From IMG/VR virus record IMGVR_UViG_3300025364_000002: a stretch of DNA of 15,575 nucleotides. One strand, written 5' to 3'. Under the pieces are notes generated by a model. That model saw nothing but the letters and a program-made list of their open reading frames with translations. It did not search any database and had not been told where the DNA came from. The DNA comes from a virus. Its lineage: Duplodnaviria > Heunggongvirae > Uroviricota > Caudoviricetes. A program made the translations under genes and the position numbers. This document shows, piece by piece, positions 1-7,563 of this stretch (positions are counted from its first letter, which is position 1; every line of letters starts with the position of its first letter).

Positions 1-4
1 TGGT

Positions 5-124
5 TTATGTTTCAACCTTATCGGTCAGTCTCAACATGCTGAGGATATACCATTGCCTCAATTTATTAGGGACAACTTCTTGGAACATCCAATGTGAATT
101 TGATTGCACGTGATTAGCACGAAT
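5..124 (-). pseudogene. Stranded duplicate of the RNA ligase C-terminus (no start codon)
   Basis: The minus strand translates to IRANHVQSNSHWMFQEVVPNKLRQWYILSMLRLTDKVET*. This parallels the end of the ligase at 716-1345 (YVRANHVTTDERWERNWTPNSLKES*), with RANHV, W and PN-x-L conserved. Confidence 0.8.
111..123. repeat. 13-bp direct repeat TGATTAGCACGAA, copy 1 (left boundary of the LAGLIDADG insertion)
   Basis: Identical to 777-789. Both copies encode the x-RAN-H segment of the ligase on the minus strand. Confidence 0.85.
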
Positions 125-156
125 GCGTGGTAAACCAGTATGTTTATCGTTTGAAC

Positions 157-729
157 ATGATTCTTTCGTTATCAGAAATACAAGCCTATTGGTTAGGCTT
201 TTTGTTTGGAGATGGATATCAAAACGGGTACGAATTAGTTGTGAACCTTGCAGTTAAAGATTACAATCACTTATTTTCATTGAAAAGGGCACTTGATTCA
301 AAACATCCCATCAAAATTATTGATGGCTCAATAGCTTCAATAAGAATTGGAAGTAAGCATTTGTGCAAAGCTCTAACGAAGTTAGGATGCGTTCAAGCCA
401 AAAGCAAAACACTCAAATGGCCCAAAACATTAAAACCGCATCTTCAACGACATTTCATAAGAGGGGTATTTGATGCGGATGGCTGTTTTTATAAGCAAAA
501 GTCTGGACGGACTAAACGTTGGTCTATATATTCAGGGTCCCCAGAATTTTTAGAAGTTATGGCTCAAGTCCTCGCTGGGCATGGTATGCCGACATCAATT
601 AATCAATGTACAATCAATATTACTAAGCAAAAAGTTTTACAGCACATTTATGCTTTTTTATATAAAAAAAGCACTATATATCTACCAAGAAAAAAAGAAA
701 AGTTTGCAACATATATCAACTCTCTTTAA
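157..729 (+). mobile_element. Free-standing double-motif LAGLIDADG homing endonuclease
   Basis: Motif 1 is AYWLGFLFGDG and motif 2 is HFIRGVFDADG. The ORF track starts at GTG 127; ATG 157 (MILSLSEIQAYW) is the more likely start. It is antisense to its neighbours. Confidence 0.9.
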
Positions 730-1345
730 GAGAATTGGGAGTCCAATTTCGTTCCCATCTTTCGTCGGTAGTTACATGATTAGCACGAACATACTTTGCT
801 ACAGATTCCCTAAAATCGTCATAAGCGAAGGAATCATAAAGTCTGATGACGTACCCTTCAGAATTTTCTTCGCCATTCTGGGGCGACCAAGATGCTCTGA
901 TAGCCTCTTCATCATAGAGCCCCACATACAAAACCGGAACATGTTCAATTTCGAGTAGTTGACACCACTCAACCGTAGAACCCCAATCTAAGCAGATGTT
1001 TTCTTCGTTCCAGATCGAGAATGCAAGGAAATATGAGTTGAGTCTTTCATAGGCAATTGAATGTCTGGCAAAGAGATTTTCTCCGCAGATTCGCCATCCT
1101 TCGGGTATATGATGAGATAGACGCCCTTGGAGTGCCTTAACCCAGTTTCGACTGGGGTGGTTCGTCGAAGATGTTGTTCTTGCGTGAATATGGTCTTTAT
1201 ACATGGTTGTGTTTTCGCCATCCATCTTCTCCGTTACTACTACCTTTTTGCCAACAAAATGATCCATCGACTCAAGAATGCTGTCGTCCCGAGTCCCCCC
1301 AGGACTCCAGGGGCAATGATATGTCCGAGGGTATTTGTAATACAT
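716..1345 (-). CDS. ATP-dependent RNA ligase (Rnl2-like, RNA_ligase family)
   Basis: N-terminal KYPRTYH, motif I TEKMDGEN, motif III ICGENL, IIIa FLAFSIW, IV EGYVIR and V AKYVR. A GGAG SD lies upstream. Confidence 0.92.
   Translation of the reverse strand: MYYKYPRTYHCPWSPGGTRDDSILESMDHFVGKKVVVTEKMDGENTTMYKDHIHARTTSSTNHPSRNWVKALQGRLSHHIPEGWRICGENLFARHSIAYERLNSYFLAFSIWNEENICLDWGSTVEWCQLLEIEHVPVLYVGLYDEEAIRASWSPQNGEENSEGYVIRLYDSFAYDDFRESVAKYVRANHVTTDERWERNWTPNSLKES
777..789. repeat. 13-bp direct repeat TGATTAGCACGAA, copy 2 (inside the RNA ligase 3' end)
   Basis: Identical to 111-123; the two copies are 666 bp apart. Confidence 0.85.
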
Positions 1346-1367
1346 GACATTACTCCAGTGATATCAG

Positions 1368-1396
1368 TTTATACCACACGAAAATCGGAAAATCAA
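1368..1396 (-). promoter_or_regulatory. Sigma70-type promoter for the RNA ligase
   Basis: Minus strand TTGATT-17 nt-TATAAA, with TG-n immediately before the -10 box, followed by GGAG and ATG. Confidence 0.7.
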
Positions 1397-1422
1397 CCGA
1401 ATAATGCATATTTGATCAAAAT

Positions 1423-2448
1423 TTATAGTAGTAGATTTTTTACGGTATTTTTAGCATTGGCAGCAGTTTGAAAGATTTTATCTCTGGCTTTTATTGCTAT
1501 TTCTGTATCTGCTTTTTCAAATTTTTTATTGTTCAAGACACTGTCCATCTTAGAAATAAAATTATTTGCTACCGCAACAACAAATTCTTCAGAAGAATTG
1601 TATTGCAATGTCCCGCCATCAAAAATGCCGGCCTTTTCCAAGGCATCCCCGAGAGACTTTATTCCTTGAATGATCCCTTCAACAGATAAGTTATCGACAT
1701 TTACTCCAGGAATTTTTGCACTAACTGTTTTGTCTTTGATGGTTCCATATTTTGCCTGAATAAAGAAATTGACAATATCCTGAAATAGGCTTTCAAAATT
1801 CAGTGATGCGACCTTTTCTTCAGTATGTTTACGAACTCTATAAGGAACTAGAACACCCTTTTGAAGCTTTGCACGAGCGCCTCTATCTCCAATGCTCATC
1901 ATTAAAGCTTCTGCGAGTGCCGCATAAAGCCCACCAGACACAAAACCTTTTACGTTTCTAATTGGAGTGAATCTGGATTTAGCCCAATTGGAATACTTTT
2001 TGTGTGTGACAAAAAAATCAATTTGCACATACTTCCCTGGTTCAATTTCAGCAATTATCACAGGAGTCGTCGCCGCATCACCTTTTGATTCTTCAATGTC
2101 GACGCCTCGGGGTTTGATTTCTCTGAAAAATTCAAACAACTTTTTATTGTAGAACTTTGCAGATATTACTTCATTTTTTCGCTCATCATCGGAGTATTCA
2201 ATCACTGGATATTCAATTAGATAATCAATGTCCCCATAAACATTATTGGGGTTTTCTTCAATATCTTCTTCATAATAATTGCCAGAGCCAATTGGTCGAA
2301 TGGGGTTTATTTCAGGCAACCCTTGATGTTTTAGTTGCAACCATTGATTAAAATCTGCAAGCAGATTTTTGGTGAAGATATCCGCACTTTTTACCAAAAG
2401 TGGCGTAAGAAGAACATCTTGTGTCTTAAGTGACGTCCAACCACCCAT
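1423..2448 (-). CDS. Pol-beta superfamily nucleotidyltransferase, PolX-like core, substrate unknown
   Basis: IGSG...GDIDYLI (GS plus DxD) and a third acid in VQIDFF. The N-terminus may extend upstream (see findings). Confidence 0.7.
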   Translation of the reverse strand: MGGWTSLKTQDVLLTPLLVKSADIFTKNLLADFNQWLQLKHQGLPEINPIRPIGSGNYYEEDIEENPNNVYGDIDYLIEYPVIEYSDDERKNEVISAKFYNKKLFEFFREIKPRGVDIEESKGDAATTPVIIAEIEPGKYVQIDFFVTHKKYSNWAKSRFTPIRNVKGFVSGGLYAALAEALMMSIGDRGARAKLQKGVLVPYRVRKHTEEKVASLNFESLFQDIVNFFIQAKYGTIKDKTVSAKIPGVNVDNLSVEGIIQGIKSLGDALEKAGIFDGGTLQYNSSEEFVVAVANNFISKMDSVLNNKKFEKADTEIAIKARDKIFQTAANAKNTVKNLLL

Positions 2449-2560
2449 TATAATTTGCCCAAACCCAAGTGAAACAATCTCATTCAGTGTTACAGCTTCA
2501 TTTTACAGGATAAACAGCAAACAATAAATCAAGTTTGACCAAGTGTTGATATTTATCCTC

Positions 2561-3280
2561 GTGAGTATCGACATCAAAAGCCTTTCAGTTAAAGAAAAAC
2601 TGAATGACGATATCTGGACGAAGGATAAGAAACTAAAGCCTGAAATTAGAGAAAGGCTTCTTACCCTTGCTGAAGATTTTTATAAAGAGCTTGACATTCC
2701 ATGGGCAGAGCTTGAAGATATTAGGTTTACCGGCTCTCTTGCCAACTACAATTGGTCAAAATACAGTGATGTCGATCTTCATCTCGTTATCGACTACACC
2801 CTTGTTGATGAAAACGTTGATCTTGTTGAAGAATATTTCAAAGCAAGAAAAAGTTTGTGGAATGATTATCACGACATCACCATCCATGGTTTTGACGTCG
2901 AAATATATGTTGAAGATGCTCAAGGAGAGCATTTTTCCTCTGGCGTGTACTCTGTACTGATGGATGAATGGGTAATCGAACCAAAACCGCAAAGTCCAAA
3001 CATCGACAAATTGGCGATAAAAAATAAAGCAAAAGTAATCATGAGGTTGATCGACGATCTTGTTGTTGACAAACTTAAAGAAGGGGATTACGACGGTGCT
3101 ATTAAAGCCGCAGAATTAATGTCGGAAAAAATTAAGAAGATGAGACAGGGTGGTCTTGAATCTGGCGGCGAATACTCAGTAGAAAATCTAACGTTCAAGA
3201 TACTCAGACGAAACGGAACTCTTGATAAGTTGTACGCAACCAAATTGGATGCATACGATAAAATGATGTCAATTGAATAA
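2561..3280 (+). CDS. Pol-beta superfamily nucleotidyltransferase, substrate unknown
   Basis: FTGSLANYNWSKYSDVDLHLVID matches hGS-x10-DhD, with a third acid in FDVEIYVE and a helical C-terminal half. The ORF track starts at GTG 2543; GTG 2561 is preferred. Confidence 0.8.
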   Translation: MSIDIKSLSVKEKLNDDIWTKDKKLKPEIRERLLTLAEDFYKELDIPWAELEDIRFTGSLANYNWSKYSDVDLHLVIDYTLVDENVDLVEEYFKARKSLWNDYHDITIHGFDVEIYVEDAQGEHFSSGVYSVLMDEWVIEPKPQSPNIDKLAIKNKAKVIMRLIDDLVVDKLKEGDYDGAIKAAELMSEKIKKMRQGGLESGGEYSVENLTFKILRRNGTLDKLYATKLDAYDKMMSIE

Positions 3281-3331
3281 ACTTATTTGATTTGTTTGGT
3301 TTTCTCAAGTTTGAAGCTATAATCTCTAGAT

Positions 3332-3745
3332 TCAAACTGCCTCACAAAACAAATTTTTAATTTCATCTTCTATTTCATTTTTATGAATTTTGCTTGGTAT
3401 TGGAAAATAAACAACCTTGTCATTGACGATGAATTTAAAACAATAAAGCCAGTATGTTCTTTTCTCAAGTTCATCATACCAACGAAGTAAAACATAATCA
3501 ACAAAGAAAAAAATGTCGCCGGGTGAAGACACCATAGTAAAAGAAGTTTTGTCAAGGCTGCGTTGACCCATCCACTCTGGATTCGTCACATCTCCATAAA
3601 CCCATACTAGGGACCTGTTCGAGGTATAAATCCTACCCTGTCTTAGACCCATACATTGCAAAATTTCTTCAACCTTTTTTTCTTGATTGCGCTTTGGCTT
3701 CTTTTTGTAAGGTGCTATTCTAGAAAATATATCATCAAAAGACAA
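3332..3745 (-). CDS. Hypothetical protein, possible member of the small SH3/KOW-like family
   Basis: 137-aa ORF with TTG start and GGAGA SD. Contains LRQGRIY...CFKFIVNDKVVYF. Confidence 0.65.
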   Translation of the reverse strand: MSFDDIFSRIAPYKKKPKRNQEKKVEEILQCMGLRQGRIYTSNRSLVWVYGDVTNPEWMGQRSLDKTSFTMVSSPGDIFFFVDYVLLRWYDELEKRTYWLYCFKFIVNDKVVYFPIPSKIHKNEIEDEIKNLFCEAV

Positions 3746-3771
3746 GTTGTTTCTCCGAGTGCAGCTTCATT

Positions 3772-3987
3772 CTACTGTTCTTTGCTATCAAAATCTTCAA
3801 ACCTAACAATGAACACTTTTCCGTAAAGAGTTTTACGCTCGACCCAAGTTTTCGACCAGGTTTTCTTTTCTTTTTCAATCTTGACCCAGCCTTCTTGGTC
3901 ATCCGCCTCAACTGCATCTGGCTCAATTTTGCCATTTAATTCAACTTTATAGTTTTCAAATTTAGGATCATCAGCTTTGTATCTCAT
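3772..3987 (-). CDS. Hypothetical protein (71 aa, MRYKADDPKF...)
   Basis: GGAGAG SD before ATG 3987. The longer start at 4086 overlaps the upstream gene extensively. Confidence 0.65.
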   Translation of the reverse strand: MRYKADDPKFENYKVELNGKIEPDAVEADDQEGWVKIEKEKKTWSKTWVERKTLYGKVFIVRFEDFDSKEQ

Positions 3988-4339
3988 AACTCTCTCCAGA
4001 GACATATTCCCAATAATTGGTCCAATCAAATTGAACAACCACAACCCCTGTGTTGTTTTTTCCGGGCGGTATCGGCACTTCTTCATACCATCTTAGACTT
4101 ACCGGTTCTCCACCTACAAAGAAGTGAAAAAGCCATAGCTCATTATCGATATTTTTATCTTTATGCCAAGGTGGACCACATAGTGCAGCCTTTTCAGAAA
4201 AGAGAAAAAGCACATACGAACCAATATCCATAACATGGTTATGATCAAAAGGATACTTCTGGATAACTCTTAGTAATTTTCCAGGAGTTGGAAGAGAAAC
4301 ATTAGGACTCTTCGCTGTGTCGTCTCTCCATTTCCACAT
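3971..4339 (-). CDS. Hypothetical protein, possible SH3/KOW-like family member
   Basis: 122-aa ORF tiling the operon, with PTPGKLLRV...LFHFFVGGEPVSL. Start uncertain. Confidence 0.6.
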   Translation of the reverse strand: MWKWRDDTAKSPNVSLPTPGKLLRVIQKYPFDHNHVMDIGSYVLFLFSEKAALCGPPWHKDKNIDNELWLFHFFVGGEPVSLRWYEEVPIPPGKNNTGVVVVQFDWTNYWEYVSGESYEIQS

Positions 4340-4730
4340 GTTGTTTAGGATAATCTACCGCTGCAAGCTTTTTCAAAAGCTTTTTGAAATGTTTGATTTC
4401 ATCAACAGCTTCACGATCCCACGTTTCCAGTTTTTCATATTCTTCGTTGGAAACTTCATCCAATCCTTCGTCAAAATATAGGATTTTCTCAATCGCTGCC
4501 TTAGCTCCGCAGATGGCCATCTTGAGATGAAACTCAACTGTTTCTTTCCAGTTTGCACCCTGACTACCTGTTCCTGACGTGGGATGCCAATTATGGCGGG
4601 TGGTGGCCATGACAGCTTCTACCATGTGAAGCTCTGCAAATCTATTACAATATTCGATAAAATCTTTCTTGGTGAGATTGCCGTCTGCAAAATCTTTTTT
4701 CAGCATGTTCATACAAGTTTTTGCGGACAT
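4302..4730 (-). CDS. Hypothetical protein with a WHPTSGTGSQ motif, possibly N-terminally truncated
   Basis: 142-aa ORF tiling the operon, directly downstream of the Thg1 breakpoint. Confidence 0.65.
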   Translation of the reverse strand: MSAKTCMNMLKKDFADGNLTKKDFIEYCNRFAELHMVEAVMATTRHNWHPTSGTGSQGANWKETVEFHLKMAICGAKAAIEKILYFDEGLDEVSNEEYEKLETWDREAVDEIKHFKKLLKKLAAVDYPKQHVEMERRHSEES

Positions 4731-4825
4731 GTCATGTCCCTGGCCCGCATACGATTCGGAAGCACGGTCTTGAACGATGCTTCATACAGTTTCATTCTGT
4801 CGCCTAATGTTGTTTTGTCGGTCAT
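4709..4825 (-). pseudogene. Truncated Thg1-like (tRNA-His guanylyltransferase / 3'-5' polymerase) N-terminal remnant
   Basis: Translates MTDKTTLGDRMKLYEASFKTVLPNRM|RARDMTCPQKLV*. GDRMKxYE-x6-LPxRM is the typical start of bacterial Thg1-like proteins, but the following PVIxRxDG catalytic segment is absent. The ATG overlaps the upstream TGA (ATGA). Confidence 0.75.
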
Positions 4826-5094
4826 AGCAGTTTTCCAGTAAACAAAATTCTAAGTCTCTTACCTAGGCCATGAACACAATCTCTTTCTTCTATGTCGTGT
4901 CTTAGCTTATCAAAACAGGTCTTGCATAAAACCAATTTTCCTGGACTATTAAACTTGTAATCGTTCATCCAGCGTCCAACCCCTAATGTATTTTCTTCGC
5001 TATCACAATTTGCGCAACGACACGGTGCTGTACGATAACTGTCTCTTCTCGGAGTTGAGGGTGGTGTTCGCCAAGGGTAAGGTGTTTTAATCAT
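4822..5094 (-). CDS. Small putative zinc-binding protein
   Basis: CRCANC...CKTC (two CxxC pairs); 90 aa. Confidence 0.6.
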   Translation of the reverse strand: MIKTPYPWRTPPSTPRRDSYRTAPCRCANCDSEENTLGVGRWMNDYKFNSPGKLVLCKTCFDKLRHDIEERDCVHGLGKRLRILFTGKLL

Positions 5095-5102
5095 AAATCT
5101 TT

Positions 5103-5630
5103 CTATACGTAAATTTTTCTATAATATGTTTCAAGCTTTGGCCATTTTGGACCTGGGTGACCGTTCATTCTATGGGTTCCAGAGATAAACCCCATTGTCT
5201 GCCGAAGGTATGTTTTTGCTCGCCTATGTTTTTTTCTTTTGGAGAATCGACCATAGACTCGTCGAGCTTCATCCAAAGTAAAAAACGCATCATCACCAAT
5301 ATAAGCAGCGTGTCCAATGGGCCAATCAACCCAAGGGAGTATATTATAAATAAATGTTCCCTTTAGAGCCTCCAAATCAATTGATCTGTTTGTTTCGGGA
5401 TTTTCATCCCAAATGATCCAGGTACTATTTTTCCGCTCTCCAATGAAATCAGGGAAATTGTGAACGTAGGTCACATCTTGCACTTTAGCCTTCACATAGA
5501 AGGAAGAACAAAATACAAACAATTCATCACCAGGTCGAACAATCCTTCTGACCGGGCACGATTCTGAAATTGGATAATTTTCTGGGTTGTATTCGGTCAT
5601 CTGTATGGTCCTGAAAAACGAGATTGACAT
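5103..5630 (-). CDS. Hypothetical protein
   Basis: 175-aa ORF tiling the operon, with VRPGDELFV and a basic C-terminus. Confidence 0.7.
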   Translation of the reverse strand: MSISFFRTIQMTEYNPENYPISESCPVRRIVRPGDELFVFCSSFYVKAKVQDVTYVHNFPDFIGERKNSTWIIWDENPETNRSIDLEALKGTFIYNILPWVDWPIGHAAYIGDDAFFTLDEARRVYGRFSKRKKHRRAKTYLRQTMGFISGTHRMNGHPGPKWPKLETYYRKIYV

Positions 5631-5635
5631 TCTTC

Positions 5636-6112
5636 TTATTCTCCAATCACTTGGACTTCGGTCTCATCAATATCATTGATGTCAATCGTAACAACTCGTC
5701 CTGAGCCAGTGCAAACAATTCGGCCGTCACTACTAATACCACGAGAAGTAGAGATTTTGGTTATGCCAGTAAAAGTAAGTCCAAGTGCTTCACAAGAAGG
5801 CGAATATTGTTCTCGTTCAGCCGCAGCACTTTGCTCCCTTAGGTCCATGTGAAGATTTTCACATCCTTTGAAAGTTGTAAAAATGATTAAGACCAAGATT
5901 GCAAGACCTAGTAGAACAAATGAACCTATTCCAAAAATTTCCCAGCCTCCCCATTGAATAATGGATTGAAAACATTGTTTCACGAGAACCCAAAACGGTG
6001 GCACTAAATGAGCACCTTCGAGACGTCTGCGCAAGCGGTCAATTTGTTCTCGGGCTTCTTTGTCGATGAAATTTTCTGTTTGAAATTCACCAGACTCTTC
6101 TGATTTGCTCAT
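5636..6112 (-). CDS. Hypothetical membrane protein
   Basis: Hydrophobic stretch IFGIGSFVLLGLAILVLIIFTTF; CGGAG SD before ATG. Confidence 0.75.
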   Translation of the reverse strand: MSKSEESGEFQTENFIDKEAREQIDRLRRRLEGAHLVPPFWVLVKQCFQSIIQWGGWEIFGIGSFVLLGLAILVLIIFTTFKGCENLHMDLREQSAAAEREQYSPSCEALGLTFTGITKISTSRGISSDGRIVCTGSGRVVTIDINDIDETEVQVIGE

Positions 6113-6166
6113 TTTACACTCCGTGGATAGTTCTTAGTATCTGAACTTATCTCTACGGTAGCATAT

Positions 6167-6203
6167 AAAAAAATCCGGATAAACTCAAAAGGCTATCCGG
6201 ATT
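6167..6203 (-). terminator. Intrinsic terminator downstream of 6237-6485
   Basis: 10-bp stem AATCCGGATA/TATCCGGATT (6172-6181 and 6194-6203) with a 12-nt loop, followed by a T-run on the minus strand. Confidence 0.7.
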
Positions 6204-6236
6204 ATACATTTATTTTTTGACACTTTGTAGTATGGG

Positions 6237-6485
6237 CTATTTAGATGATTTAAGCTCTTTTTCTTTCTTTTGGAGCTTTGCATACAATTGCTTTACTTTA
6301 TCTTTTTTTTCTTGCAATGCTTTAAGCTGCTTACGGGCTCTCACCCTTTTTGCTTTACTCTCATTCAAACGACGATTTTGTGTTTTTTTGGCTTCATTGA
6401 TCTTGTGATCAAGTTCTTCTTCAAGAACTTCGTAAATTGTATCTCTGATAGTTTCAAGCAATTGTTCTTTGTTTAGCTTTGTCAT
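6237..6485 (-). CDS. Small acidic-then-basic coiled-coil hypothetical protein
   Basis: 82 aa with GGAG SD; acidic N-terminal half and K/R-rich C-terminal half. TATTTAT motif upstream at 6515-6521. Confidence 0.7.
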   Translation of the reverse strand: MTKLNKEQLLETIRDTIYEVLEEELDHKINEAKKTQNRRLNESKAKRVRARKQLKALQEKKDKVKQLYAKLQKKEKELKSSK

Positions 6486-6544
6486 TGTTTACTCCAACTT
6501 GCGCAAGTCATGAAATAAATATGGCGAAGATGAAGCTTTTTCAA

Positions 6545-6946
6545 CTAAATATCAGAACAATAATCTTGTAAAAAGCTTTCAGAGGGACCCTCGTACCCAT
6601 AATTTACATATCGATGTTTGGTTGAATATTTTTTAATCCAGCCCTTATCGTCCTTTTTTATGGCCTGAGCGTGTTTAAGCTTCCAACGAGCCCTGATCTT
6701 TTTCTGCCGGTTCTTTTCCTTGCCCTCAATTGAAATTGGCCTTAGAAGCTTTGACAGACCTTGGATTGTCACTCCAATATCGATACACTCATCGGCGATG
6801 TCCTCGTTAAACTCCCTACCCGAATTGATTATACGAATAATTTCGTCAATTCGGTCTCTGTAGTCTCTAAGTTTTCTCCCAGCTTTAATGAGATTTTTCG
6901 TTCGATGGACCTGTTCTGCTATTTTCTTTTCTTTCGTTGTGCCCAT
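6545..6946 (-). CDS. Basic hypothetical protein sharing a helical-hairpin domain with the two upstream paralogs
   Basis: 133 aa. LRDYRDRIDEIIRIINSGREFN aligns with LKDLLEVANLLQEQLLDGTELN of 6919-7563. Confidence 0.65.
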   Translation of the reverse strand: MGTTKEKKIAEQVHRTKNLIKAGRKLRDYRDRIDEIIRIINSGREFNEDIADECIDIGVTIQGLSKLLRPISIEGKEKNRQKKIRARWKLKHAQAIKKDDKGWIKKYSTKHRYVNYGYEGPSESFLQDYCSDI

Positions 6947-7563
6947 GTTTCCAAATACCTTGTAACTTGGTCAATCTTATGAAGTCGATCGTTGAGATAG
7001 CGTAGATTTAATTCCGTTCCATCCAGTAATTGCTCCTGAAGAAGATTGGCAACTTCAAGCAAGTCCTTTAGGGCGGCAGCCAATTTCATTTTTTTGTTTG
7101 TTTGTGCCGCCACTTTTGCAGCCTTTTCGTCTTGCTTTTTGGCTTTCCTATTTTCTTTCCTCTTGACAGAAAGACGTGCTTTATAGTCTTTCAGGGATAG
7201 TCCAGCTTTTTTTGCTCCCTTTTTTAGTTTTTCTCGGCGCTCTTGGGCCATTGCACGGTTGTGAGCCTTAATTGCTTCACTTTGAGCTTTTTCTACTTCC
7301 AAAAGAAGTTCTTTATAGTACGGCTTTTTATAGTCTTGGAGGTTGTCAATTTCAACCCAAGTTTTGCCTTTATCTCTACTATAAAAACCAATAGTTTTGC
7401 TGCCATAGTGGCCACTCACAAACTCCCACTTGAGCCAAAATTTGTTAAATTTTCTTATTTCACCTGGCGTTTTTGGAAACTCTTGCCAGATGCTCGTCTG
7501 TCTGGATTTATCCCAAAGTTTTGGGATGGAATAGTAGCTTCCGTCTTTAATAACATAACTCAT
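6919..7563 (-). CDS. Basic hypothetical protein, paralog P1 (Asp-box-like motif, K/R-rich helix, C-terminal helical hairpin)
   Basis: Contains YSRDKGKTW (S-x-D-x-G-x-T-W). Start placed at ATG 7563, which overlaps the TGA of the P2 read-through frame (ATGA); the ORF track start is 7572. Confidence 0.75.
   Translation of the reverse strand: MSYVIKDGSYYSIPKLWDKSRQTSIWQEFPKTPGEIRKFNKFWLKWEFVSGHYGSKTIGFYSRDKGKTWVEIDNLQDYKKPYYKELLLEVEKAQSEAIKAHNRAMAQERREKLKKGAKKAGLSLKDYKARLSVKRKENRKAKKQDEKAAKVAAQTNKKMKLAAALKDLLEVANLLQEQLLDGTELNLRYLNDRLHKIDQVTRYLETWAQRKKRK

Noticed and set aside
124-776. Group I intron in the RNA ligase gene
   Set aside because: The HEG is antisense to the ligase, nearly the whole insert is coding, no room for or sign of a ribozyme core was seen, and the ligase is already complete with its own stop.
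2561-3280. Calling this NTase a CBASS cyclase (CD-NTase)
   Set aside because: The GS-x10-DxD motif is shared by the whole Pol-beta superfamily, and no Cap effector or ancillary genes are adjacent. It is kept only as a hypothesis.
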